Virus record (IMG/VR): IMGVR_UViG_3300044723_009217
Coordinates: 1-24,635 of that record
DNA length: 24,635 nt
Reading direction: 5' to 3' (one strand)
From: a virus
Lineage: Duplodnaviria; Caudoviricetes
Part shown: piece by piece, positions 16,460 through 23,764 of the stretch
Numbering within the stretch: the first letter of the stretch is position 1
Layout: every line of letters begins with the position of its first letter
The notes under the pieces: model-generated
The model's input: the letters and a program-made list of their open reading frames with translations, nothing else
Databases searched by the model: none
Told to the model about the DNA's origin: nothing
Translations under genes and position numbers: made by a program

Positions 16460-17281
16460 CTACTGAGTATCTAAAGCAGCAATCATCCTTGTCATACCGA
16501 TACCACCACCAACACGTGGGAAGAAATCAAACTTCAAAAACTCTTCTAATTCGTTTACGACTCTTTCTTTTCCAAACAAGTCAAATAATAGATTCGCATA
16601 AGCACCTTCTGTGATTGTATGAAAAGTATCTCTCATTTGTTCAACATCGGTTGATCTTTCAGCAGAACCAATTGTTTCCATTCCACCAAGTATGACATCA
16701 ATCTTCTTTGATGTTTCTCCGCCATCATTTCTACTCATATTCCAAAATGGTGAGGTAAACTCAGGGAAGTCTGTGATCATTGTAGAACCAAATAAATCAA
16801 ACATTGCATTTTCATGTTCTGCTTCCATTTCTGTATCAGCACTTAATCCAAAATGTTGTTGCCATTCGGAATATGTCTTTTCTGTAGGAGAATCGAACCC
16901 AAGATAATTACAAAGTTGATATTCCATTTGTTTAAGATCATCTATAGTTCCTGGCATTTCAAATTCAAACATAGGAAAAATAATGTCGTGTCTTCCTGGT
17001 ATCGCATTTGGTTCTTGCCTATACGAAGTGGAGACACAAAAGAATCCCTTTGATTCGGGTGAGGAGAGTAATTCATGTTCTAGCCACATTTGACCTGTTT
17101 GTGGGAGAGGCCATACTTGTCCGGCATAGTTATATGTTGCTACATTAAATGGATCTTCACATGCTGCAAGTATTGATAATCTATTTTGAGTATGTACCTC
17201 AAGAAACCCTTTGTCTAAAAAAAAGGCCCTTAAAAGGCCTACGGTCTCTGTAAATTTCTGTGGTGATATCAGTTGTGTCAT
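16460..17281 (-). CDS. Class IIb aminoacyl-tRNA synthetase catalytic-domain-only protein (AsnRS/AspRS-like)
   Basis: Motif 1 LRAFFLDKGFLEVHT, LPQTGQMWLE, motif 2 SYRQE....RH...FPMFEFE, DVILGGMETIGSAER, motif 3 GGGIGMTRM. There is no N-terminal OB-fold. Confidence 0.85.
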   Translation of the reverse strand: MTQLISPQKFTETVGLLRAFFLDKGFLEVHTQNRLSILAACEDPFNVATYNYAGQVWPLPQTGQMWLEHELLSSPESKGFFCVSTSYRQEPNAIPGRHDIIFPMFEFEMPGTIDDLKQMEYQLCNYLGFDSPTEKTYSEWQQHFGLSADTEMEAEHENAMFDLFGSTMITDFPEFTSPFWNMSRNDGGETSKKIDVILGGMETIGSAERSTDVEQMRDTFHTITEGAYANLLFDLFGKERVVNELEEFLKFDFFPRVGGGIGMTRMIAALDTQ

Positions 17282-17366
17282 TTTTCTTCCTTTTCATTCA
17301 AATTATACTATCTATACATTTTTTTAGATAAAAATGCAATTAATTCAAAATTAATTAAAAAAAGGG

Positions 17367-17395
17367 TTTACAATCCTAAGAAGCTATGGTACAAT
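17367..17395 (+). promoter_or_regulatory. Sigma70-type early promoter with AT-rich UP region
   Basis: TTTACA-N17-TACAAT with extended -10 TG, preceded by A/T tracts. Confidence 0.75.
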
Positions 17396-17424
17396 AGTAG
17401 TATAATAAGAAAGAGGAGAAAAAA

Positions 17425-17589
17425 ATGACTTATAAATTAAATACGTATTTCAATATTACAGTTTATCTTGGTGATGGTTTAATCTGGGAAACTAGACGTC
17501 ATACTTTCGAAGGTATGAATAATTTTATTAAAGATCTTTTTTCAGATGAAAAGGTTGTTCGTTATACTGTTGAAGAAGTGAGAGCATAA
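17425..17589 (+). CDS. Small hypothetical protein (54 aa)
   Basis: Strong GAGGAG RBS; TAATG coupling to the next gene. Not in the ORF track. Confidence 0.65.
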   Translation: MTYKLNTYFNITVYLGDGLIWETRRHTFEGMNNFIKDLFSDEKVVRYTVEEVRA

Positions 17590-17783
17590 TGGGTAAAGTA
17601 AAAGCAATGGCAATGGATCTAGAAGAAAATTTTATCGACACTTGTGCGAATCTTATCGAAGACGATATGAGGTTCGTTGATTATTGTCAAGTGGCTATCA
17701 CTCATATGGATATGGTTAAACATTTATCAGACGAAGTCATTGCTGATATTATTCGTGACGTATGGTATGAGGTAACATCATGA
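17589..17783 (+). CDS. Hypothetical protein (64 aa)
   Basis: Coupled to both neighbours. Confidence 0.65.
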   Translation: MGKVKAMAMDLEENFIDTCANLIEDDMRFVDYCQVAITHMDMVKHLSDEVIADIIRDVWYEVTS

Positions 17784-18283
17784 AGTGGATTATTATATCA
17801 ATTATTACGCTTACATTAGCTTATTCAGAAGAGATATTTGGAGCAGAGGTAGATCAAGAAGTGGAATGCCTTGCCCAAAATATGTATTGGGAATCTCGCA
17901 ATCAGTCTTTCCGTGGACTCCTCGCCGTAGGAAATGTTGTAATGAACAGAGTCGCTGACTCGAGATTCCCAGACACCGTGTGTGGTGTAGTTCATCAGTC
18001 AATTATGATTAAGTCATGGAAGACTGGTGAATATATACCAAAGAGAAACCAATGTCAGTTCTCTTGGTACTGTGATGGCAAGGCAGAGATAATACCAACA
18101 CAAGATGCTCAGTTATATGAACTCACACGTTCAATGGCATTCAAAGTTTACACAGGTTGGTTCGAAGATATTACAGAAGGTGCAACACACTATCATGCAT
18201 ACTATGTAAAGCCTGACTGGGCAGAAACAAAAACTTCAACAGTGCGAGTTGATGCGCACATATTTTATAGATGGGAAAAATGA
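17780..18283 (+). CDS. SleB/CwlJ-like cell wall hydrolase (Hydrolase_2)
   Basis: Signal peptide, CLA.N.Y.ESR, V.NV..NRV...FP.TVCGVV.Q, CQFSW.C, GATHYHA.YV.P.W and H.FY motifs. Confidence 0.92.
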   Translation: MKWIIISIITLTLAYSEEIFGAEVDQEVECLAQNMYWESRNQSFRGLLAVGNVVMNRVADSRFPDTVCGVVHQSIMIKSWKTGEYIPKRNQCQFSWYCDGKAEIIPTQDAQLYELTRSMAFKVYTGWFEDITEGATHYHAYYVKPDWAETKTSTVRVDAHIFYRWEK

Positions 18284-18501
18284 GTAAAAAAGTTGAAATC
18301 ACTATGTTAGAGGACAATGAGTTATCGATAGACGGTCAGACTAAACCTGCTGGTTGTTTTCATATAGAAGAATATGAAGATGATGAATTGATTGGTGGTA
18401 GTTATGCTACTTATGATAATGTATCAGATAAGTTAAAAGAAATTTTTGATGAAGACATATTTTTTATAGATGTTATAGATGGGAAAGATAATGATTATTG
18501 A
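18280..18501 (+). CDS. Hypothetical acidic protein
   Basis: ATGA overlap with the upstream stop. Confidence 0.55.
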   Translation: MSKKVEITMLEDNELSIDGQTKPAGCFHIEEYEDDELIGGSYATYDNVSDKLKEIFDEDIFFIDVIDGKDNDY

Positions 18502-18796
18502 TTTTAATAGAGAAGATGATTTTATTGAATATAAATTTAATGAAGATCTGTATTGTGAAGAAATATTCGAATATATTAAGTCAACATATGACTCACATTA
18601 TTCAAAAGAAAAGTTTCAGTCAACTGAGTTCATTATCGATGGTGGTCACGGTACTGGTTTTAATGTCGGAAACATATTGAAGTATGCTCAGCGATATGGA
18701 AAAAAAGGTAGTCATGAAGATGCTCGTAAAGATCTAATGAAAGTCATTCACTACGCTATTATTCAACTACATGTACATGATACAGAAGAAGAATGA
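18479..18796 (+). CDS. DUF3310-family protein (T7 gp1.7-like, possible nucleotide kinase)
   Basis: HY....Q....I, GF..GNILKY..RYGKK and DL.K..HY motifs. Confidence 0.75.
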   Translation: MGKIMIIDFNREDDFIEYKFNEDLYCEEIFEYIKSTYDSHYSKEKFQSTEFIIDGGHGTGFNVGNILKYAQRYGKKGSHEDARKDLMKVIHYAIIQLHVHDTEEE

Positions 18797-19011
18797 TACA
18801 CGCATTTATGCTCGTATTTTTATTAGGTGATATAGATCAGGGTGGTGTTCCGATGTATTTTCGGAACATCAACGACTGTAACTATTTTGCTTCGCGAATT
18901 ACAACTCAATACGGCAATTACAAATACTATGATTACATGCCCGAAAAACATAAAGCTACAGCTTATTGCAAACCGGTTTATATTTCAGAGGAAACTGAGA
19001 CTTTATACTAA
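18793..19011 (+). CDS. Hypothetical protein (two Cys, hydrophobic N-terminus)
   Basis: ATGA overlap; 72 aa. Confidence 0.6.
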   Translation: MIHAFMLVFLLGDIDQGGVPMYFRNINDCNYFASRITTQYGNYKYYDYMPEKHKATAYCKPVYISEETETLY

Positions 19012-19478
19012 GCCTGCTGTAATAACCAAATAACAAAGACGACTGATGCAGCACCTACAATAGTAGCACCTATTACTGCAACTATCTCAAAAAACTTCTT
19101 TTGTCGTTCTTTTTGAGCATAGATAGTTTCTTGTCTTCGTTTTCGTATATTAGCTTCTTCTTTGACGAGTTCTTGCCATGCCTGTGGACCACGAGTTGCA
19201 TTGATGATTTGATGCAATTGCTCTCTCATATCTTCGGCTTTTTTCTTTGCCATAAAGGCAGCAAGTGCTTCTTCTTCGACAGAACCTGATGCGAATAATT
19301 TTTTAAAGAGTGGAGGATTCTTAGAGTATTCTGCAGACTTATTAATATCAGAGACGGCACCCATCCATTTGCCGATGGCACCTGCCATGTTCTCGATGTC
19401 TTGCCCCATCTCAACACCCTTTTTCACGGCATTGAATGCAGCAGTTGCTGTTGCCAGCGCAGTTACTGGATCGATCAT
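19008..19478 (-). CDS. Hypothetical helical protein with C-terminal transmembrane anchor
   Basis: GAGG RBS and an upstream TATAAATA late-type promoter; hydrophobic C-terminus. Confidence 0.7.
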   Translation of the reverse strand: MIDPVTALATATAAFNAVKKGVEMGQDIENMAGAIGKWMGAVSDINKSAEYSKNPPLFKKLFASGSVEEEALAAFMAKKKAEDMREQLHQIINATRGPQAWQELVKEEANIRKRRQETIYAQKERQKKFFEIVAVIGATIVGAASVVFVIWLLQQA

Positions 19479-19501
19479 TTTTTACCTCATTCGCTCAATA
19501 C

Positions 19502-19513
19502 TATTTATAAATA
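19502..19513. promoter_or_regulatory. Overlapping divergent T4-type late promoters (TATAAATA on both strands)
   Basis: TATTTATAAATA reads TATAAATA on the minus strand (19502-19509) and on the plus strand (19506-19513). Confidence 0.6.
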
Positions 19514-19517
19514 ACAG

Positions 19518-19546
19518 TTTACAAACATGGAAAAATGTGGTATAAT
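19518..19546 (+). promoter_or_regulatory. Sigma70-type promoter for the tmRNA
   Basis: TTTACA-N17-TATAAT with extended -10 TG. Confidence 0.8.
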
Positions 19547-19552
19547 AAATAT

Positions 19553-19768
19553 AGATGTAGATGTCAATGGCAAGCTGGACCCGGGGGCGGTACCCGGCGC
19601 CTCCACCATAAGCATATTAGGATGTGTTTATGTGGGGGCGAAATTAAGGATCGACAGGTGTACTAGTCTACGAAAAAGTAAATGCAAACGATAACTTTGC
19701 TCCTGAGATGCGCCTAGCGGCATAATCTCTGGGCTGGCCACTTGCCTCGAAACAGAAAAGTGGCAACT
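19553..19768 (+). ncRNA. ssrA: Circularly permuted two-piece tmRNA (alphaproteobacterial type)
   Basis: The acceptor piece ends CCGGG-GGCGGTA-CCCGG-CGCCTCC-ACCA (19608). A 25-nt intervening segment follows. The coding piece starts GGGGGCG (19634; G3:U70 pair), and tag ORF 19684-19725 reads ANDNFAPEMRLAA*. Outer ends are approximate. Confidence 0.92.
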
Positions 19769-19784
19769 TATTTAGGAGAGATAT

Positions 19785-20018
19785 ATGGCAGAAGAAGCAA
19801 AAAAAGAAAAAGCAATCGAAGTAAAAAATACTCATAATGAGTTTGAACTTGCTGTGAGAATGTTAAGTAATGAAATTATTGCTTTTAAACTTTCTGCTAA
19901 TAACTTTAGTGGTAAAATGATCGTATGGAGTATCTTATTGATGTTCTTTACATTTATGATACTTGAAGTATTTGGTGTAAATGCAATGTTAGGATTACCT
20001 GGAGCGGAAGATTATTAA
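19785..20018 (+). CDS. Small membrane protein
   Basis: AGGAG RBS; one hydrophobic segment. Confidence 0.7.
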   Translation: MAEEAKKEKAIEVKNTHNEFELAVRMLSNEIIAFKLSANNFSGKMIVWSILLMFFTFMILEVFGVNAMLGLPGAEDY

Positions 20019-20173
20019 TGTTTGATAGATTTGTGAAAAGAATGGGTATGAAAAACTGGTATGGTTGGGATAGTCCAACTGTAGTAGGATTCGTAGTCTT
20101 TTGGATAGTTTTTGGTTATGGTATAATATATACTTTTTTAGAATTAATTAGAAAATTTTATTGTGGGTGTTAA
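20018..20173 (+). CDS. Small membrane protein (51 aa)
   Basis: TAATG coupling; VVGFVVFWIVFGYGIIY transmembrane segment. Not in the ORF track. Confidence 0.55.
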   Translation: MFDRFVKRMGMKNWYGWDSPTVVGFVVFWIVFGYGIIYTFLELIRKFYCGC

Positions 20174-20174
20174 T

Positions 20175-20468
20175 ATGAGAAAATTTATAGTAGACAGTTG
20201 GAATGCTATTATGGATGATAGGAGAAATCCTCTTAGGCATATAGAAGATTTACAGACTCGTCATGTCGTGATGCAATTGCTGGCATGGATGTGGTGTATT
20301 ATCTTTTCAATGTATCTTGGATCTATGTGGGTCTTTGGTATCACTGCAGTTGCGCATGGATTAGTAGTTGCAGGGATTGTACTTACCGTTGGTACGTTTG
20401 AAACGGCAAAAAAAGCTCCACAGTATTTCGGCGGATTGGGCCGAGGTATTGGTGGCGAACACGAATAA
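20175..20468 (+). CDS. Hypothetical membrane protein (2 TM)
   Basis: WNAIMD..RNPL.HI...QLLAWMWCIIFS plus a second hydrophobic helix. Confidence 0.7.
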   Translation: MRKFIVDSWNAIMDDRRNPLRHIEDLQTRHVVMQLLAWMWCIIFSMYLGSMWVFGITAVAHGLVVAGIVLTVGTFETAKKAPQYFGGLGRGIGGEHE

Positions 20469-20486
20469 TAACAGAAGGAAGAAAAG

Positions 20487-20810
20487 ATGAGAAAGATTCT
20501 CGCAACAGCTTTTGCACTAAGCATGATAACTAGTGCAGCAATGGCATTCGAACGTCCAACACTTAACTTAGGTGTAGAGCGTTCATTAGAAACAGAAGTC
20601 AATTCATTGTCAGTTGGTTCTGACTTTGGTCCATTTGGATTAACAACAAACTGGGAAGACACTGCAGAAGATAATTTTGCTTTTAGCATCTCAGGCATTG
20701 ATGTAGATGTTAGTCATGATGTTGGACCAATGACAGTGTTTATGAACAACGACTTTGACAGTGGTCTCAAGCATGACGACACAACTGTCGGTGTATCATT
20801 TAAGTTCTAA
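20487..20810 (+). CDS. Secreted outer-membrane beta-barrel-like protein
   Basis: Signal peptide (AMA/F), alternating-residue beta strands, C-terminal VGVSFKF. Confidence 0.6.
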   Translation: MRKILATAFALSMITSAAMAFERPTLNLGVERSLETEVNSLSVGSDFGPFGLTTNWEDTAEDNFAFSISGIDVDVSHDVGPMTVFMNNDFDSGLKHDDTTVGVSFKF

Positions 20811-20811
20811 T

Positions 20812-21006
20812 ATGGGAATCTTCATATTATTAACAAGTGTTCTGTTTTTTAATACAAATGCAGAGTTCTTTGAAGTGAGCGAACAGCAGCTTTCGGAAGG
20901 ATATACGTGGCACAAAGTAGGAAAGTCCACGCCTTCCGGAGCTCCTGCTCTTGTTATGGAACCTTATCCTGGGAGAGAATACATCATGTACAGATTGGAA
21001 AAATAA
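20812..21006 (+). CDS. Hypothetical exported small protein
   Basis: Hydrophobic N-terminus; ATG immediately after the previous stop. Confidence 0.55.
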   Translation: MGIFILLTSVLFFNTNAEFFEVSEQQLSEGYTWHKVGKSTPSGAPALVMEPYPGREYIMYRLEK

Positions 21007-21332
21007 TGTTTAGAATAATACTGGGACTGGCAATCCTACTTCCATCATTTGCTTTTGCGGGTGATTGGAGAACAAAACCTGTACGTTGCGGATCATTAGA
21101 AGAAGTTGGTTCTATACTTACACAACAAGGCGAAGAATATCTTTTGAACGGTTTAGGTATTTCTTATGATTCAGATCTTAAAGAATTTGCTGTACAGGTA
21201 GGTCTTTGGGCAAATTTAGACACAGGTACATGGTCAATACTCGAAACTGATGGTAACGAAGCATGTGTACTATCATATGGAGAAAACTTAAGTTTTGATT
21301 TACTTGATGGGAAAAATGAACCTAAGATCTAA
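21006..21332 (+). CDS. Hypothetical secreted protein (two Cys)
   Basis: Signal peptide (AFA/G); TAATG coupling. Confidence 0.65.
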   Translation: MFRIILGLAILLPSFAFAGDWRTKPVRCGSLEEVGSILTQQGEEYLLNGLGISYDSDLKEFAVQVGLWANLDTGTWSILETDGNEACVLSYGENLSFDLLDGKNEPKI

Positions 21333-21333
21333 G

Positions 21334-21516
21334 TTATTTTACTTTATACCAGTCCTCTAAGACTTCGCTTTCTTTATGCATTATTTTGCTGATGCATGCG
21401 ATTGCGACTTTATCTCCCTCATTATCTATCACGACCCAGTCATTTGAACCGGAAGGCGACCTCACTATGTCGCCTTTTTTTAAAATTTCGTGCCCTACTT
21501 TATCCATAAGATTCAT
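21334..21516 (-). CDS. Small hypothetical protein (KOW/SH3-like GDIVRSPSGS)
   Basis: AAGGGG RBS before ATG 21516; minus-strand TATAAATA at 21589-21596. Confidence 0.5.
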   Translation of the reverse strand: MNLMDKVGHEILKKGDIVRSPSGSNDWVVIDNEGDKVAIACISKIMHKESEVLEDWYKVK

Positions 21517-21560
21517 ATAAATCCCCTTGAATTTTTTTTTCATTTAAATGCATTTTTTTG

Positions 21561-21589
21561 TTTACAATGTATTTAAACTATGGTATAAT
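21561..21589 (+). promoter_or_regulatory. Sigma70-type early promoter with AT-rich UP region
   Basis: TTTACA-N17-TATAAT with extended -10 TG. Confidence 0.8.
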
Positions 21590-21629
21590 ATTTATATCAA
21601 ATGAAAAATGAAAGAAAGAGGACTTTATT

Positions 21630-21830
21630 ATGAACGATTTGAATAACACAAAATTCCCATCTGGTCTTACTTATGATGAGTCAATGACAATTGCTCAAAA
21701 ATATATTGACAGCATGTCTGGTACTGATTATAAATGGGCAGCTATAAAATACTTTGGTGAATTAGTGAGAAACGATAAGATGTGGAGAAACATCGCAAAT
21801 GATATTTTAAGCAAGAAGGAGGCAATATAA
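21630..21830 (+). CDS. Hypothetical protein (66 aa)
   Basis: GAGGA RBS, directly after the early promoter. Confidence 0.7.
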   Translation: MNDLNNTKFPSGLTYDESMTIAQKYIDSMSGTDYKWAAIKYFGELVRNDKMWRNIANDILSKKEAI

Positions 21831-22786
21831 TGGCGCATCAAGTTGAAACAATGGCATACGCAGGTGAAGTTCCATGGCATGGACTTGGCGAAAAAGTTTC
21901 GAACGATCTAACACCAGTCCAAATGATGGATAAAGCTGGACTGAATTGGAAAGTTCGTGAACTTGAATCTTTTGTTGAGTTCGATGGCAATCGTATGCCA
22001 ACTGGACAAAAATCTCTGGTTCGTGAATCAGATGGTCGAATCCTAACAAACGTTGGGGCAGATTGGAATCCATGTCAAAATGAAACAGCCTTTGAATTCT
22101 TTACTGAATTTGTTATGAATGGTGATATGGAAATGCATACTGCTGGGTCACTACGTGATGGACAAATGGTATGGGCTTTGGCAAAAGTCAAAGAATCATT
22201 CCAAGTTTTTGGAGACGATCAAATCGATTCTTATTTGCTCTTCTCTAATCCCCACCAATATGGTAAATCAATCGACGTACGGTTCACACCAATTCGTGTC
22301 GTATGTAACAATACCCTTACATTCTCACTTGGATCTAAGTCTGACAACTCAGTCAAGGTTGGACACCGTGTTCAATTCGATTCATCTGAAGTGAAGAAAG
22401 CTCTTGGTATTGCAAACGAAAAATTGAATACCTATAAAGAGTATGCAGAATATCTTGGATCGAAAAGATATACTGCCGATTCGTTGATTGAATATTACAA
22501 CTCAGTCTTTCCACGTACCTCTGATAAGAAAGTACAGGACAAGACTTTGTCAATCGATACTCTCTCACGTAACGCTCGATTGGCATACGATGCAATCGAT
22601 CAACAACCTGGAGCAAAATATGCCGAAGGATCTTGGTGGCAGGCATTCAACTCTGTTACCTTTATTACTGACCACATCCAAGGTCGGAATAACGACAACC
22701 GTTTGTATTCTTCTTGGTATGGTCAAAACCAATTACGTAAGAAAGACGCAATGAAAACAGCATTGGAGTTCGCAAATGTTGCTTAG
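21830..22786 (+). CDS. DUF932/DUF945-family phage/plasmid protein (TIGR03299-like)
   Basis: MAH.VETMAY....PWHGLG, AGL.W.V, TAGSL..G, YLL....H and TP.RVVC.NTL motifs. Confidence 0.85.
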   Translation: MAHQVETMAYAGEVPWHGLGEKVSNDLTPVQMMDKAGLNWKVRELESFVEFDGNRMPTGQKSLVRESDGRILTNVGADWNPCQNETAFEFFTEFVMNGDMEMHTAGSLRDGQMVWALAKVKESFQVFGDDQIDSYLLFSNPHQYGKSIDVRFTPIRVVCNNTLTFSLGSKSDNSVKVGHRVQFDSSEVKKALGIANEKLNTYKEYAEYLGSKRYTADSLIEYYNSVFPRTSDKKVQDKTLSIDTLSRNARLAYDAIDQQPGAKYAEGSWWQAFNSVTFITDHIQGRNNDNRLYSSWYGQNQLRKKDAMKTALEFANVA

Positions 22787-23177
22787 AAAACTTTTACTTA
22801 CAGGTGCCATCGTATCTTTTACGATGGCTGGTATCGATTATGCTTCTGCCGAAACAGTTCAGGATCACTATAAAAATGTAGTAGTCAAAAGACCATATAC
22901 GGTTCAAGTTTGTTCTGAAGGCAATGGCAAATCAGATTTAGAAAACTTACTCGAAGGTGCCATCATTGGTGGCGCTATCGGAAATAATGTTCCAGGAGAA
23001 GATGGTGGTGGTGCTATGGGTGCTATCATCGGTGGGATATTAAATAGTGAGAGAAACAGTGGTACTCGTTGTCAGACTGAAACTCGATATGATGAAGAGT
23101 ATCAATCAGTTTATTCTCATTCAACTGTAACTTTTATGTACGAAGGAAGGCAATATAGATTGAGGTTTACGAAATGA
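22776..23177 (+). CDS. Glycine-zipper exported protein (YcfJ-like)
   Basis: Signal peptide, GAIIGGAIG...GAMGAIIGG zipper flanked by two Cys, C-terminal VTF.YEG. Confidence 0.75.
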   Translation: MLLRKLLLTGAIVSFTMAGIDYASAETVQDHYKNVVVKRPYTVQVCSEGNGKSDLENLLEGAIIGGAIGNNVPGEDGGGAMGAIIGGILNSERNSGTRCQTETRYDEEYQSVYSHSTVTFMYEGRQYRLRFTK

Positions 23178-23260
23178 ATCCAAATCCACATTATATCAAT
23201 ATGATGATAAATTTTAGTATATTAGCAATGTTAATTTATGTAGCAATACGGGTGTCTTAA
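23174..23260 (+). CDS. Tiny membrane peptide (28 aa)
   Basis: ATGA and TAATG overlaps at the two ends; hydrophobic sequence. Confidence 0.5.
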   Translation: MNPNPHYINMMINFSILAMLIYVAIRVS

Positions 23261-23532
23261 TGGAAATGAATAAATTAGATTTAATTGAAAAACTTTTTGA
23301 AAAAGTCGTCACTGTTAATTTTATAAAAGTAAATGGGGAAAATAGAATAATGAAATGCACTCTTAATGAAGAGTATCTTCCAGAAAAAATAGAAGTCGAG
23401 TCAAAAGACTTAATATGGGATGATAAAAATAACAAATCAAAAGAGTCATTATCTGTATGGGATACTGAAGTAAACGGATGGCGTAGTTTTCGTTGGGATA
23501 ATTTAAAGGAGTATAATATTGAAAGCGCATAA
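23260..23532 (+). CDS. WYL_2/DUF2693-like SH3/Sm-fold protein
   Basis: V.F.K.NGE.R.M.CTL ... VWD....GWRSFR.D motif. Confidence 0.75.
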   Translation: MEMNKLDLIEKLFEKVVTVNFIKVNGENRIMKCTLNEEYLPEKIEVESKDLIWDDKNNKSKESLSVWDTEVNGWRSFRWDNLKEYNIESA

Positions 23533-23683
23533 ACCAGAAATGCTTGCAGCATGGGCAAAAGAAAATAAAGTTGCTGGATGGGAAAAAATCTATCAAGCAT
23601 ATGATCCAAAAGAAAGAGAAAAACGTAGACAACAAAGTCTACGTTATGCACAGAATCGTAATGAAACCGTCACGAGACCGTGA
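23519..23683 (+). CDS. Small hypothetical protein (54 aa)
   Basis: AAGGAG RBS before TTG 23519; MKAHKPEMLAAWAKEN...; ends in a hairpin. Confidence 0.5.
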   Translation: MKAHKPEMLAAWAKENKVAGWEKIYQAYDPKEREKRRQQSLRYAQNRNETVTRP

Positions 23684-23692
23684 CGTTTTTTT
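23668..23692 (+). terminator. Rho-independent terminator overlapping Pho-box-like repeats
   Basis: CGTCACG-AGAC-CGTGACG followed by T7. Confidence 0.65.
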
Positions 23693-23764
23693 AAATGCCC
23701 TACGCATATATAAAAAAAAGAGGGGTCGTGGTGATCCCTCTATAACTAAAAGGGAGAAATTACT

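Noticed and set aside
16357-16614. 85-aa plus-strand ORF
   Set aside because: Antisense shadow of the tRNA and the synthetase-like gene.
16460-17281. EF-P lysine ligase EpmA (GenX/PoxA)
   Set aside because: Has LPQTGQMWLE (AsnRS/AspRS-like) rather than the TSPE..MK motif of EpmA.
19581-19608. Truncated tRNA or attachment-site remnant
   Set aside because: Explained as the acceptor piece of the permuted tmRNA; the matching 5' half and tag ORF follow.
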